NCBI GenBank assembly: GCA_001771135.1
Contig: MESW01000006.1
Location: forward strand, 4,870-68,869
Reading direction: 5' to 3'
Source: a candidate division CPR3 bacterium GWF2_35_18
GTDB taxonomy: Bacteria > Patescibacteriota > CPR3 > GWF2-35-18
Length of the DNA stretch: 64,000 nucleotides
Program-made: the position numbers and the translations under genes
In this document: piece by piece, positions 19,337 to 28,625 of the stretch
Layout: each line of letters opens with the position of its first letter
How positions within the stretch are numbered: the first letter of the stretch is position 1
The notes under the pieces: model-generated
The model's input: the letters and a program-made list of their open reading frames with translations, nothing else
Databases searched by the model: none
Told to the model about the DNA's origin: nothing

Positions 19337-19385
19337 AGAACAACGTCGAGTATATCAGAACAAGGCTAAACCGGCAATTAGTAGA

Positions 19386-20069
19386 CTATTTTCCATGCGC
19401 CAGCGTAAATCCCCAGACTTTTTGCACTCCGGCCTTTTTCAAAATCTTGGCACATTCATTCAAAGTTGCTCCAGAGGTAAATATATCGTCAACGAGTAAC
19501 GCTTTCATATTCTTAAATTTAACTTTTGAATTAACGGTAAAAGCATCTTTGATGTTTTCTTCCCGTGCTTTTTTATTCAACTTTACCTGACTCGAAGTAT
19601 CTTTGACTCTTTTTAAAATATCCGTTCTTAATTGAATATTTAGCTTACCGGATAAAACTTTTCCAATTATCTCTGCTTGGTTAAAACCTCGAGACTTTAG
19701 CCGTTTCTCATGTAGTGGCACCGGAATAATCATAAAGTCTTTGAACTGCTCAAGATCCAATTTACTAATTCCCCTGGCAACAAGTTCGTCGACATAGGAA
19801 AATAGATTCCGATACTTAATCTTTTTAATCGCTTCTTTGATTTTATCGTCGTAATAAAAACAGAAAGTTAATCCATCCAAGTTGTAACGTTTTTGGCAGA
19901 AATCATGCGTTTTCCCGATTAAGGAAGGATTGTAACAAATCGGACAAATTTGGGTTTTGGGAAAAGGAAGTTGGGAGACGCAATTTTGGCAGACTACAGA
20001 ACCAACTTGACCACAATACAAACATTTTTGGGGGAAGAGAAAATCGAGGATTGAATCAAGTATTTTCAT
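19386..20069 (-). CDS. comF: Competence protein ComF (double zinc ribbon plus PRTase domain)
   Basis: LFP..C..C...C..C, VPLH..R...RGFNQA, LLVDDIFTSGATL.ECA. Confidence 0.92.
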   Translation of the reverse strand: MKILDSILDFLFPQKCLYCGQVGSVVCQNCVSQLPFPKTQICPICYNPSLIGKTHDFCQKRYNLDGLTFCFYYDDKIKEAIKKIKYRNLFSYVDELVARGISKLDLEQFKDFMIIPVPLHEKRLKSRGFNQAEIIGKVLSGKLNIQLRTDILKRVKDTSSQVKLNKKAREENIKDAFTVNSKVKFKNMKALLVDDIFTSGATLNECAKILKKAGVQKVWGFTLAHGK

Positions 20070-20079
20070 ACGCTTTTCT

Positions 20080-20176
20080 TGTCATCCTGAGTCCGCCAGA
20101 TGGCGGATCGAAGGATCTAGACACAAAGTGTCGCCAAAAACACTTTGTTAGATTCTTCACTACGTTCAGAATGACA
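20080..20176. repeat. REP-like palindromic element
   Basis: TGTCATCCTGA..GAAGGATCT..AGATTCTTC..TCAGAATGACA with nested hairpins TCCGCCA/TGGCGGA and ACAAAGTGT/ACACTTTGT. Confidence 0.8.
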
Positions 20177-20178
20177 GT

Positions 20179-20421
20179 TTACTTCTTTTCTATTAATGTT
20201 AACTTTTTCTCCCTGGACATCTGTTTAATTTCAAATTCCCGCTTACACGCTTCTTCCTTCGTCTTATATTTTTCCTGGTAAACAATCTTTATGGGCAAGT
20301 GACTGCGCACGTATTTCGACCCTTTTCCCTCTCGATGTACGGTTAGACGTTTTTCAATGTCATTGGTAATTCCAGTATAGAGAGAATCATCGCCGCATTT
20401 AAGAATATATAAATAATACAT
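20179..20421 (-). CDS. Stand-alone GIY-YIG nuclease (UPF0213/YhbQ-like)
   Basis: YYLYIL.C.D.SLYTGIT.D...RL..H..GKGSKY...A.KRE..IK. Confidence 0.9.
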   Translation of the reverse strand: MYYLYILKCGDDSLYTGITNDIEKRLTVHREGKGSKYVRSHLPIKIVYQEKYKTKEEACKREFEIKQMSREKKLTLIEKK

Positions 20422-20445
20422 GGATAAAAATTTGTCTAACGGGAT

Positions 20446-20838
20446 TTAAAGACGATTACCTTTAATCAAAAACGCTTTAACCTTTTTAGACAAATCCGGA
20501 AGATTAGTATCAGACTTTATAATATAACCAACAGCTCCATAGCCGATTGCTTGTTTGATAATTGGTTCATTTGATAGTTGGGAAAGCATCACGATCGGAC
20601 CGTTACGAGATTTATCAGTATCGGTCAGTGCCTGAAGGACTTGGAGTCCATCGGTCATTGGCATCATGATGTCGAGAAGGATAAGATCAAATTCACCGTT
20701 TTTGATCTCCGTAATACCCTGGTCTCCATTTTTGGCAATAGTAATGGAATAACCTTCTTCGCAAAGATACTCCTCATACATCTCAGATAAATATTCTTCA
20801 TCTTCTACTAAGAGAATCTTTTTCTTTTCGTCTGGCAT
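20446..20838 (-). CDS. Single-domain response regulator (receiver)
   Basis: ILLVEDE, DLILLDIMMP..DG, YIIK. Confidence 0.9.
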   Translation of the reverse strand: MPDEKKKILLVEDEEYLSEMYEEYLCEEGYSITIAKNGDQGITEIKNGEFDLILLDIMMPMTDGLQVLQALTDTDKSRNGPIVMLSQLSNEPIIKQAIGYGAVGYIIKSDTNLPDLSKKVKAFLIKGNRL

Positions 20839-20924
20839 CTGACCTCCTTATTTTAGAGATTAAGATAATTATAGCAAATAGTTATAGCTTGAAGTAAATA
20901 GAATATAAAGATAATACATAAAAA

Positions 20925-21614
20925 CTAGTTATTAGATATACTAACTTCTATATGTTCAGAAATATCTAAATTATCAATAAGAGATTTTTCGTTAAAAGAT
21001 ATGTTAGATTTAATATACTTTTTCTCATGTATTTCCCTACTTAATTGATCTAGAATGTCGTCCCAATTATAAAGTTTAATATTATTATGCTTATAAAAAT
21101 ATTCACTTCTTATAGCTTTGTATATATTATAGTTTCCCTTCACATCTTGCATGTTGTGCTTATTAGATACTAATTTATCTCTCCTCCCAATTATTATTCC
21201 CCCAAATTTCACGTTGTAACGACTTGTTTTTAATCTGTCCCTAAATGTTTCATCATTAATAATATTGCTATAATAATTAATAAGTTGATTTTCAGCTTCA
21301 TACAAATGATTAGTAGGACGTATCCTGTGTTTCGTTTCCGTCTGAAAAATAGGTAACTGAGGAGATTTTATTTCCCAAAGATAGGCAATTTTTTCAGGTT
21401 GTTCATGATCGTCTTTTCCGTCTACCTTTATCAATAAATCAGAATTTCCACAATAAGATGGAGTTTCTGTTTCAAAGGAAATATTATCAAAGATTTTTAA
21501 ATCTACAAGAATATCTGGAACATTCTTAAGACAATCTCTACACTTTAATTCATTAAAAGTGCTTTCATTCATTAATTTCTTTAATTCTTTAAAAATAATT
21601 TTTCGATCATTCAT
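20925..21614 (-). CDS. Shedu (SduA/DUF4263)-like PD-(D/E)xK nuclease; likely start is ATG 21614
   Basis: NE..C, SDLLI..WEIKSP, L..A.NQL..Y, GIIIGRR, I.LYNWDDIL. The start overlaps the upstream stop (ATGAATGA). Confidence 0.65.
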   Translation of the reverse strand: MNDRKIIFKELKKLMNESTFNELKCRDCLKNVPDILVDLKIFDNISFETETPSYCGNSDLLIKVDGKDDHEQPEKIAYLWEIKSPQLPIFQTETKHRIRPTNHLYEAENQLINYYSNIINDETFRDRLKTSRYNVKFGGIIIGRRDKLVSNKHNMQDVKGNYNIYKAIRSEYFYKHNNIKLYNWDDILDQLSREIHEKKYIKSNISFNEKSLIDNLDISEHIEVSISNN

Positions 21615-22131
21615 TAAAATTACTCCAATGTTCGATCGAATAAACAACCAAATCATCAAAATAATTGTAAACATTTTTTTGATTAATCTCATCTCCAAAA
21701 GACAGTACATAAGCGAGATCAACTGTGTACTCATAATATCCATACTTTTTAGTATCTAAAATTTGTTTATGATTATTAAGTATTGCTGTTGAATCTTTTC
21801 CTAAGGAAAGAGAAAACATATTCTTAATAGTGCAACTGGTTATCAAAGTATTTTTATTTTCCAACCTAAAAGCAGTTTTTGAAACATTATCTTTAACTAT
21901 TAAACCTGGAAAAGACGATAGCTCTTTCCTGATTTTATCCTTTTTTCTTCTTTTTTCTTCTTCAGAATTTAGAAAAACTATTAGGATATATTTATTATTT
22001 TGTATTATTTTTACAGAAATTTTATTTTGTGAAAGAATATTGGGAAAAGATTGTTTAACTTCAGACGGCACTTTAAGTAATCGCTTCTTTATGATCTCTT
22101 TTATACGATTTTTATCTATTAATCTTGTCAT
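21607..22131 (-). CDS. Hypothetical protein translationally coupled to the Shedu-like nuclease
   Basis: 174-aa ORF starting 33 nt after the tmRNA CCA; 8-nt overlap with the next gene. Confidence 0.6.
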   Translation of the reverse strand: MTRLIDKNRIKEIIKKRLLKVPSEVKQSFPNILSQNKISVKIIQNNKYILIVFLNSEEEKRRKKDKIRKELSSFPGLIVKDNVSKTAFRLENKNTLITSCTIKNMFSLSLGKDSTAILNNHKQILDTKKYGYYEYTVDLAYVLSFGDEINQKNVYNYFDDLVVYSIEHWSNFNE

Positions 22132-22163
22132 AATAATAAAGAAAAATTATAAGCGTAGTTTTT

Positions 22164-22589
22164 TGGTGGAGATGGGGGGATTTGCACCCCCGTCCAAAAG
22201 ATTTTCCCTAAAAAGTTCTACAGACATAGTCAGATGTTTTTACCTCCTATTCGCTTGCGCGGAGTTACTACTGGTAGATCATCTGACTTATCTATGATTC
22301 CAGTAGTAGTGTTGGGGTTTTAAAGTTCTTCATAATGCTTCCAACGGCAGCAAAACAAAGATTCTAGCTGTTTTATACTTCCAAGAATCCACTAGAAGAG
22401 ATTGCCTTGGAAATAGCTTATTTAGGCAAATGCAAAAGCATAAGAAGGAGCAGCAAAGCCGTCCTCGTTTCCTAAATCTGCATCGTTATAGTTTTTGGCA
22501 TTTAAAGCCTTATCTAGAAATTACGTGTTTACTAGAAAACCACGGTCTGCCTTTTTAAAGAGCTTCTTCTGTCAAAGCTAAACATCCCC
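22164..22589 (-). ncRNA. ssrA: tmRNA
   Basis: 5' GGGGATG..TTTGAC, 3' GACGGGGGTGCAAATCCCCCCATCTCCACCA; tag ORF 22499..22422 AKNYNDADLGNEDGFAAPSYAFAFA*; next to smpB. Confidence 0.93.
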
Positions 22590-22607
22590 ATAGACAAAAG
22601 TAACCGA

Positions 22608-22636
22608 ATTATACCCGAAATCACCTAATTTGTCAC
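22608..22636 (-). promoter_or_regulatory. Sigma-70 promoter of ssrA
   Basis: Minus strand GTGACA-17nt-TATAAT, 18 nt upstream of the tmRNA 5' end. Confidence 0.7.
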
Positions 22637-22650
22637 CTCAAATAATACAC

Positions 22651-22827
22651 TCACCATGTGAAAGAGTCTAGAAATTCACAATGAACGAAACGTATAAAAA
22701 ATGCTCCTGTTTAAGTTCGCCAAAGGCGACGAGTTAGCTTTTTAGTGGAGTGAGTTAATGAATTTCTTGACGATGAAACCTGGTGTCGTTTTTTGACTCC
22801 ATCTTTTGACGAAATAAAAGATGGAAA
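22651..22827. repeat. 177-bp structured repeat, copy 1
   Basis: 158/177 identical to 23315..23491 by hand count, with no indels; nested inverted repeats. Confidence 0.92.
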
Positions 22828-22832
22828 CTATC

Positions 22833-23282
22833 TTACTCTCGATTTCTTTCTTTGAGCGCCACTGCAATGTCATGTTCAATGGCTTTTTTCTTCAATACTT
22901 CCCGTTTATCGTACTTCTTCCGACCTTGAGCTAGGCCAATTTCGAGCTTTATTAATCCCTTTTTTGCAAATATTTTTAGGGGGACAATCGTGAGTCCCGC
23001 CTGCAGTTTCTTCTGTAAATAATCAATCTCTCTTTTTTGTAGTAATAATTTCCTCGTTCGGGTCGTTTCTTCCTCAGCCATCGGCTTTTGATAGGAAGAG
23101 ATATGAACATTCAGCAAGATCGCCTCACCATTACGAATTCGCACAAACCCTTCTTTGAGACTCACATTTCCCTTTTTGACGCTTTTGACTTCCCAACCCA
23201 AAAGAGCGATTCCCGCGGTAAAAGTTTCGAGAATCGCATAATCAAAAGAAGCACGTTTGTTGACTTTAAATATCTGTGACAT
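22833..23282 (-). CDS. smpB: SsrA-binding protein
   Basis: NKRA.FDY.ILE...AGI.L.GWEVKS, R.RKLLL.K.EI, G.KKYDKRE. Confidence 0.97.
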   Translation of the reverse strand: MSQIFKVNKRASFDYAILETFTAGIALLGWEVKSVKKGNVSLKEGFVRIRNGEAILLNVHISSYQKPMAEEETTRTRKLLLQKREIDYLQKKLQAGLTIVPLKIFAKKGLIKLEIGLAQGRKKYDKREVLKKKAIEHDIAVALKERNRE

Positions 23283-23314
23283 ATGGATATTTTAACATAT
23301 ATTGGATTTTTTAT

Positions 23315-23491
23315 TCACCATGTGGAAGAGTCTAGAAATTCACAATGAACGGAACGTCAAAAAAATGCTCTTGTTTGAGTTCGCCAAAGGCGACGAGTTA
23401 GCTTTTTAGTGGAGTGAATTGCTGAATTTCTTGACGATGTAACCTGGTGATGCTTTTTGACTCCATCTTTTGGCATTGCAAAAGATGGAAA
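23315..23491. repeat. 177-bp structured repeat, copy 2
   Basis: Direct repeat of 22651..22827. Confidence 0.92.
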
Positions 23492-23497
23492 AAGTGT

Positions 23498-25840
23498 TTA
23501 AAGAGTGATACCTAAAATTTCTGTACCATTAATGACATAGAGATTCTTTTCGGTCGAATCAACATAAAAGGCTTTTAGATTGTTCCAAGAATCACTAAGG
23601 TATTGTTTCTGATACTTGCCGTTTTTATCAAAAACCACCACTCTCTTATTCGTTGCGTCTAAAATATAGATATTTTTAAAGTCTTCGTAGCTCTGAATCT
23701 GACTCGGATTATTAAGAGCGACATCAAGACCGGTTAGCTGAAACTCTTTTTTGGTTTGGGTCACATATTTCAGAACTTGGCCATCAGAAAGTAACACATA
23801 GATTGCACCATCAATGGAAATAGAGGTCGCTTTTTCAATATCCGCCTCCGAAGATTGCGGTAAATAAGCGTTACGATTACTGAAATTCGTAGTTCCGGCT
23901 ACATATTTCCAGATCTGTTTGGCGCCTTTATCCAGTAGGTAAAGATTGCCGTAATATTCACCCATATCCACGACATTCTGCCAAGTTTCATCCTTAGCAA
24001 TCACCTCTTCCCAGGTATTACCGCTCACATTATACTGACTAACACCGTTTCCGGAATAAGCATAAAGTTCACCTTCGCTCACCTGCAGTGATTTGATCGT
24101 GTTTTCGATCAGCGAATCTTTCACTTCTACCGCACCGGTATTTATATCCACCACAAAAAGATTATGATTATCAGAATCCAAAACAAATAAGTTTGTATCG
24201 ATAATCGTAAGATCAGTGGCTTGAACACCTTCCTTTTTCAGGTTTAGATCGGTGACAATTTTGGGATTAGAAACGCGCACGATTTTGTAAATAACTTCTT
24301 TGAGCTCTTGGAGCTTGTTTTCCAGATTTTGAATTTTATCGGAATCAAATTTCTTGTCTTTTAGTTCATTCCTAATCCCGACGCTATCATTATAAATATC
24401 CTGCCGCTGTGTATCCGAAAAGCTGACTCTTTTTGATTCTTCGATTTTGGCGATCGTCTGATCATACAAAGCGTTGTTTTGGGACTTCTGCTCATTTTCT
24501 TTTCGCAAATTACTGGTTAGAAAAATACTCACAACCAGTAAAATAACTAAAAGAATAATAAATAATAAACCTTTTTTGAGAAATAATTTGGAAAAGGCAT
24601 TCTCCTTGAGATATTGGTTGGGATCATCTTTCTTCTTTTCTCCACCTCTTCTTGATCTTGCCATTACAATCTGATCTTTAATCAGTAACCACTTTTTCTT
24701 CACTTTTAACACGAATTTCTTTATGAATTCAGGCATTTTTGAAGGTTTCTCTGGTTTATGAAAAGCTTCGCTGGCGTGCATTCTTTCCTTTTCTCTCATC
24801 GCTTCTGCTTCTGATAACTCCGAAAGATTCATCAGCGGATTATCGGCAACGATTTCCTCTTCTTCAGGATTTGTAGATTTGGATTTTTCCTCAGGAATAA
24901 AGACGGTTTCCAAACCTTCGTCCTGAATACTTTGGACGGTCGCAATATCGACTTTTTGTTTCCCTTCATTCATTGCTTTTTCCATCTTGGCATGCAGATC
25001 CTTCTCATGTTCAATCTCAATCGCTAAAGGCTTTTTCTTAAACAAAAAATGCATCTTTTGTTTGAAATTCACGGCCGTATTCGATAATCGATCAACCAGT
25101 TTGCTTTTTTCCTCCGTGGCCGGAATGGTTATCCTAATAATCTCTTCTTCCGAGGGAAAAATTCCCACGGACGACCGAATTACTAAAGCTTGTCCTAAGG
25201 TTAATTTTTTCTCTTTAAAAGATTCGTCGAGTTTTTTTATCGCTTCTTCAAAGTGGTGATTGGAAAGCCAGAGATTAACTTTTTTAAGATCAACATTTTT
25301 CCAGAAATCAGGAAGTCCTAAAATTAAGACATCATCTTTTTTGATTAAACCGCTGGCTATATGGATGGTGTTACTAAAAAGCTCTTCTTTAAGATTACTC
25401 TCCATATCCGAACCGATAAATTCGGATTCACCTTTACGAAGGAGTAAAGCTTTGGCCTTTCCGGTCTGAGCAATATATAAAACATTTCCCCAAAGTACAA
25501 AAACGACAACGTTAAATAAGGTGTCGCTATTATCTTCAGCAGAAAATTGATGGATGAGTCTGTGATGACCATACTTCACGGCTTGTTCAAGATTTTTTAG
25601 GACACTGTTTTCGGGATTTTGATAGTAAAAAGCGTTCACGTCATTCAAAAAATCTTTTAAAAATCCCCTTCCCTTTAGATTCCAACGACCTTTAAGGCAA
25701 GCTACGGCATAGATATTTCCCTTTTGTTGACGGACTTCCTGATCTTCCGGTTCAACATTCAGAAATTCTACCCATTCACCTTTACCTGCGTCTTTGACAC
25801 TGCCTATTTTTTTGAAGGTAACTTGAAGCTTTTTCTGCAT
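23498..25840 (-). CDS. Bitopic membrane protein: PP2C-like N-terminal domain, TM helix, C-terminal NHL/beta-propeller
   Basis: N.LYIAQTG..KA.LLRKG..ASG....DDVLIL (PP2C fold); one TM at about aa 425-445; YGNLYLLD..QIWKY, IDGAIYVL, IYILD..NKRVVVFDK.G. Confidence 0.6.
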   Translation of the reverse strand: MQKKLQVTFKKIGSVKDAGKGEWVEFLNVEPEDQEVRQQKGNIYAVACLKGRWNLKGRGFLKDFLNDVNAFYYQNPENSVLKNLEQAVKYGHHRLIHQFSAEDNSDTLFNVVVFVLWGNVLYIAQTGKAKALLLRKGESEFIGSDMESNLKEELFSNTIHIASGLIKKDDVLILGLPDFWKNVDLKKVNLWLSNHHFEEAIKKLDESFKEKKLTLGQALVIRSSVGIFPSEEEIIRITIPATEEKSKLVDRLSNTAVNFKQKMHFLFKKKPLAIEIEHEKDLHAKMEKAMNEGKQKVDIATVQSIQDEGLETVFIPEEKSKSTNPEEEEIVADNPLMNLSELSEAEAMREKERMHASEAFHKPEKPSKMPEFIKKFVLKVKKKWLLIKDQIVMARSRRGGEKKKDDPNQYLKENAFSKLFLKKGLLFIILLVILLVVSIFLTSNLRKENEQKSQNNALYDQTIAKIEESKRVSFSDTQRQDIYNDSVGIRNELKDKKFDSDKIQNLENKLQELKEVIYKIVRVSNPKIVTDLNLKKEGVQATDLTIIDTNLFVLDSDNHNLFVVDINTGAVEVKDSLIENTIKSLQVSEGELYAYSGNGVSQYNVSGNTWEEVIAKDETWQNVVDMGEYYGNLYLLDKGAKQIWKYVAGTTNFSNRNAYLPQSSEADIEKATSISIDGAIYVLLSDGQVLKYVTQTKKEFQLTGLDVALNNPSQIQSYEDFKNIYILDATNKRVVVFDKNGKYQKQYLSDSWNNLKAFYVDSTEKNLYVINGTEILGITL

Positions 25841-25855
25841 GATAGTAATTGATAA

Positions 25856-26122
25856 TTAGGCTCTGATAGAAATCACTAAAAATAATAAACAAAGGGTATA
25901 AAGAAAATATATCCAAGCGACAATTTTAGTCCATGGAGATAGATTAGTATTTAAAAATTGGTTCATAATCTGCACCTGTCTCACAGTCAAAAAGGCGAAA
26001 AAGAGATAAAACAAAAGAAACACAATCGTTACAATTTTCATAATTCCGATAAAGGAAAAATCTCCTTGAGTAAAAAGGTGAGCGATATTGGTCCAAAATG
26101 TATCTAAAAAATCAATTTTCAT
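25856..26122 (-). CDS. Small 2-TM membrane protein (DUF5657-like)
   Basis: LFY..FA....RQVQIMN..L.T motif between two TM helices. Confidence 0.55.
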   Translation of the reverse strand: MKIDFLDTFWTNIAHLFTQGDFSFIGIMKIVTIVFLLFYLFFAFLTVRQVQIMNQFLNTNLSPWTKIVAWIYFLYTLCLLFLVISIRA

Positions 26123-26718
26123 CTATTCTCCCTAATATCTTCTAATAACTTTCCGATAATCTTGTGCACTTCAGCCGGATCCGGGACCGCTTCAAATTCA
26201 AGATCAGAAAACTCCGCCGCCGTCTGCACCCGGATTAAACCAAAATTAAAAAGGAGAGCAAGTGTTCCCACGGTCTGGTGAGTAATATCCTGCACTTTGG
26301 TCAATTCCGCCTCGGAAACATTCTTGTATAAAATGCTGTGAAAATCTACATCCAAAAGCCTCTTGGTAGTAATCATATTGACGCTATAATACCAGGAAAT
26401 AAAATTGCTAAAGATATATCCGAAAATGAGTAAATACCAAACCGAATAAAGTAAGAAACTGACTGTGGGAGTAATTGAGTTTGTAATATCTTCCGGAAAA
26501 GCTAAACCTTTTAGAGAAGCTAGAATAAAGGGCACAAAAAAAAGGAAGATACTAATTATGACCCATCCCAAATTGGTAACCCAATGTCTTCGCAAAAGAA
26601 GCACCACCTTCTCTTCACTGTCTTGAGTAGCAAAATGGACTTTGGGAGGAAACCAGGCAAAAGAAGTTAGAGGATTAATTGTTGGTTTAAACTTTTCAAG
26701 TGTTTCAAGATTTGACAT
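26119..26718 (-). CDS. Membrane protein with bacterial PH domain
   Basis: F.TQ..EE.V.LLLRRHW, 2 TM, ITTKRL.D..F, VQD, FNFG.I.VQTA, VPDP. Confidence 0.75.
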   Translation of the reverse strand: MSNLETLEKFKPTINPLTSFAWFPPKVHFATQDSEEKVVLLLRRHWVTNLGWVIISIFLFFVPFILASLKGLAFPEDITNSITPTVSFLLYSVWYLLIFGYIFSNFISWYYSVNMITTKRLLDVDFHSILYKNVSEAELTKVQDITHQTVGTLALLFNFGLIRVQTAAEFSDLEFEAVPDPAEVHKIIGKLLEDIRENR

Positions 26719-26773
26719 ATTAAATCTTATTGTAACTCAAAAATAAAAAAGAAAAAAGGACAACTTCTTATCT

Positions 26774-28576
26774 CTAATTGCTTTGAATATCAAATCTAGA
26801 GCTCCAGATCGCATCGGTCCCCGGAGAACGAAGATTGAAAACAAAAAGAAATCTTCCGGGATCAAGATTGACGTAGGTATCGTCGTAATAAATACGCATG
26901 CTTTCAGTCTGTTTTGCTCCAACTACAACCTCAATCGATTTTATATTGGCAACAACGGTAAGATCAAGTTCGGTTAGTTTTGCTCTCACCTCTTCCGGAG
27001 TAAAACCTCCATTTGCTGAAGAGGGTAAATTATCATTATATTCCTCTGGTAAAAGTGCGGCATTTGCCATATCTGCCACCTCTTCTTTGGAAAGCCAGGG
27101 ATCGTCACCCCAAGATTTGTGATACCAGGGAGAATCTCCATAGCCCGGACCATCAAATGGTTTTCCAGTACTATCAACGTCAATAAGGCTCAAAGCATAC
27201 GGACGATATCCACCCCAAACCTCTTCAGAAGAAAGGGTTGATCCGCCGGCAGTCGAAGCATAATAAGCGGTAATCGGAACTCCGCTTGAGAGCAAGACCA
27301 TTCCTTTTGTCTCAGTCACCGCTTGTGCCCATCTCTCATCTTTGACATGTCCGATAAAGACCTGACAGGCTTGAGTAGTACAAATTGATTTGGCGTTGGG
27401 ATCATTTTTATATTCGGTATAATTTTGATAGTTGGCATAACTAATATAAGCAAGAGCATAACTTCGCGCGGCAATAGCTTGCGCTTTTAAGGCTTCCATT
27501 GACCAAGACGAAGGCATCTCCCCGATTCCTTTTAAATAGAGATCTTCAAAGGAAATCCATCCATAACCGTCAACTTTGATTTTTTCGGGAACCGGATAAG
27601 CGCTAGTTCCTGCGTCCAAACCCGTAATTGTCGTGTTGGCATAATAAGAATGCAAAATCGTTCTCACTGTCTGACCCGCCAAAGCTCTTCCATAAGCACC
27701 ATACTGATTCATTCCTACCCGATGCGGAAAACCATAACTCCAAAAGCTATAAAAATCACCACTTGTTTTCGAGGGAGTTCCTTCCGAGATTACTCCACCA
27801 TTTTGTTCTTTGGAACCAACACTGGTGGAAGCGGCTGCGGCCGCCGCTTTTGCCGCCAAAATCTGTTGTTCTTTGGCTGATAAATTGGCGATATCTTTTG
27901 TAATTCCGGTAAGCTGTGAAGCTAATTGATTTTGCGTATTTCGCGCTGAAGCAATTTGCGAATTCAAATATACTTCTTGTGCTTCCAAGTGAACTTTTTG
28001 ATTTTCCAAGTCGATTTTATCTTCAGCCATTTGGGTCTTATCTCTCTCTAGAGCCGCCCGTTCCCGATTCAAAACGTCAATTTTATCCTTAAGATCAGTA
28101 ATATTCTTTTTATCTTCGTTGATCACGTTCATGCGGTAAACATATTCTGTATTTACCTTGTTGAAATCATCGGAAAGAAATAAATAGCTTAAGGGTGGGT
28201 ATTGAGAGTTTTTATAAAGATCGCGGATTCGCGCGGAGATTAAAGAAGTTTGATAATTCACTTCTTCCTCTCGAGTTTTGATATTGGTCTCATTTTCACT
28301 AATTTCCTGCTGTTTGGCGTTCAGTTTGGCGACGGCATTCGCGTACTCACTTCGCGCTAAATAAAGATCATTGGTCATCTGCGAAAGCTGAGAGGCTAAC
28401 GTACCTTCATATTGCTTCGCTTGAAAAAGTTGACTCTCTGTTTGTTGTTTTTCCTGTTCCTTAGCTTCTTTTTCTTTGACCGTATCATCAAGCTCATCCG
28501 CAAAGGTATACGGAATAACCAGGTTTAAAAGCAAAGAGATCGCGACAAAAATGGTAAGCAGTTTTCTAGTTTTCAT
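26774..28576 (-). CDS. SpoIID/LytB-domain lytic transglycosylase with N-terminal coiled coil
   Basis: Signal peptide, long coiled coil, H.VGMNQYGA, YLKG..EMPSSW..EALKAQAIAARSYA, ICTTQACQV. Confidence 0.85.
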   Translation of the reverse strand: MKTRKLLTIFVAISLLLNLVIPYTFADELDDTVKEKEAKEQEKQQTESQLFQAKQYEGTLASQLSQMTNDLYLARSEYANAVAKLNAKQQEISENETNIKTREEEVNYQTSLISARIRDLYKNSQYPPLSYLFLSDDFNKVNTEYVYRMNVINEDKKNITDLKDKIDVLNRERAALERDKTQMAEDKIDLENQKVHLEAQEVYLNSQIASARNTQNQLASQLTGITKDIANLSAKEQQILAAKAAAAAASTSVGSKEQNGGVISEGTPSKTSGDFYSFWSYGFPHRVGMNQYGAYGRALAGQTVRTILHSYYANTTITGLDAGTSAYPVPEKIKVDGYGWISFEDLYLKGIGEMPSSWSMEALKAQAIAARSYALAYISYANYQNYTEYKNDPNAKSICTTQACQVFIGHVKDERWAQAVTETKGMVLLSSGVPITAYYASTAGGSTLSSEEVWGGYRPYALSLIDVDSTGKPFDGPGYGDSPWYHKSWGDDPWLSKEEVADMANAALLPEEYNDNLPSSANGGFTPEEVRAKLTELDLTVVANIKSIEVVVGAKQTESMRIYYDDTYVNLDPGRFLFVFNLRSPGTDAIWSSRFDIQSN

Positions 28577-28625
28577 AAAAAATTAATCAAACACTTAATA
28601 TCAGTTTACCAAAAATTCCACCAAG

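Noticed and set aside
21615-21743. N-terminal 43 aa of ORF 20925..21743
   Set aside because: It overlaps the upstream gene in another frame; the coupled ATG at 21614 is the more plausible start.
21830-22297. 155-aa plus-strand ORF
   Set aside because: Antisense to the 174-aa gene and the tmRNA 3' end.
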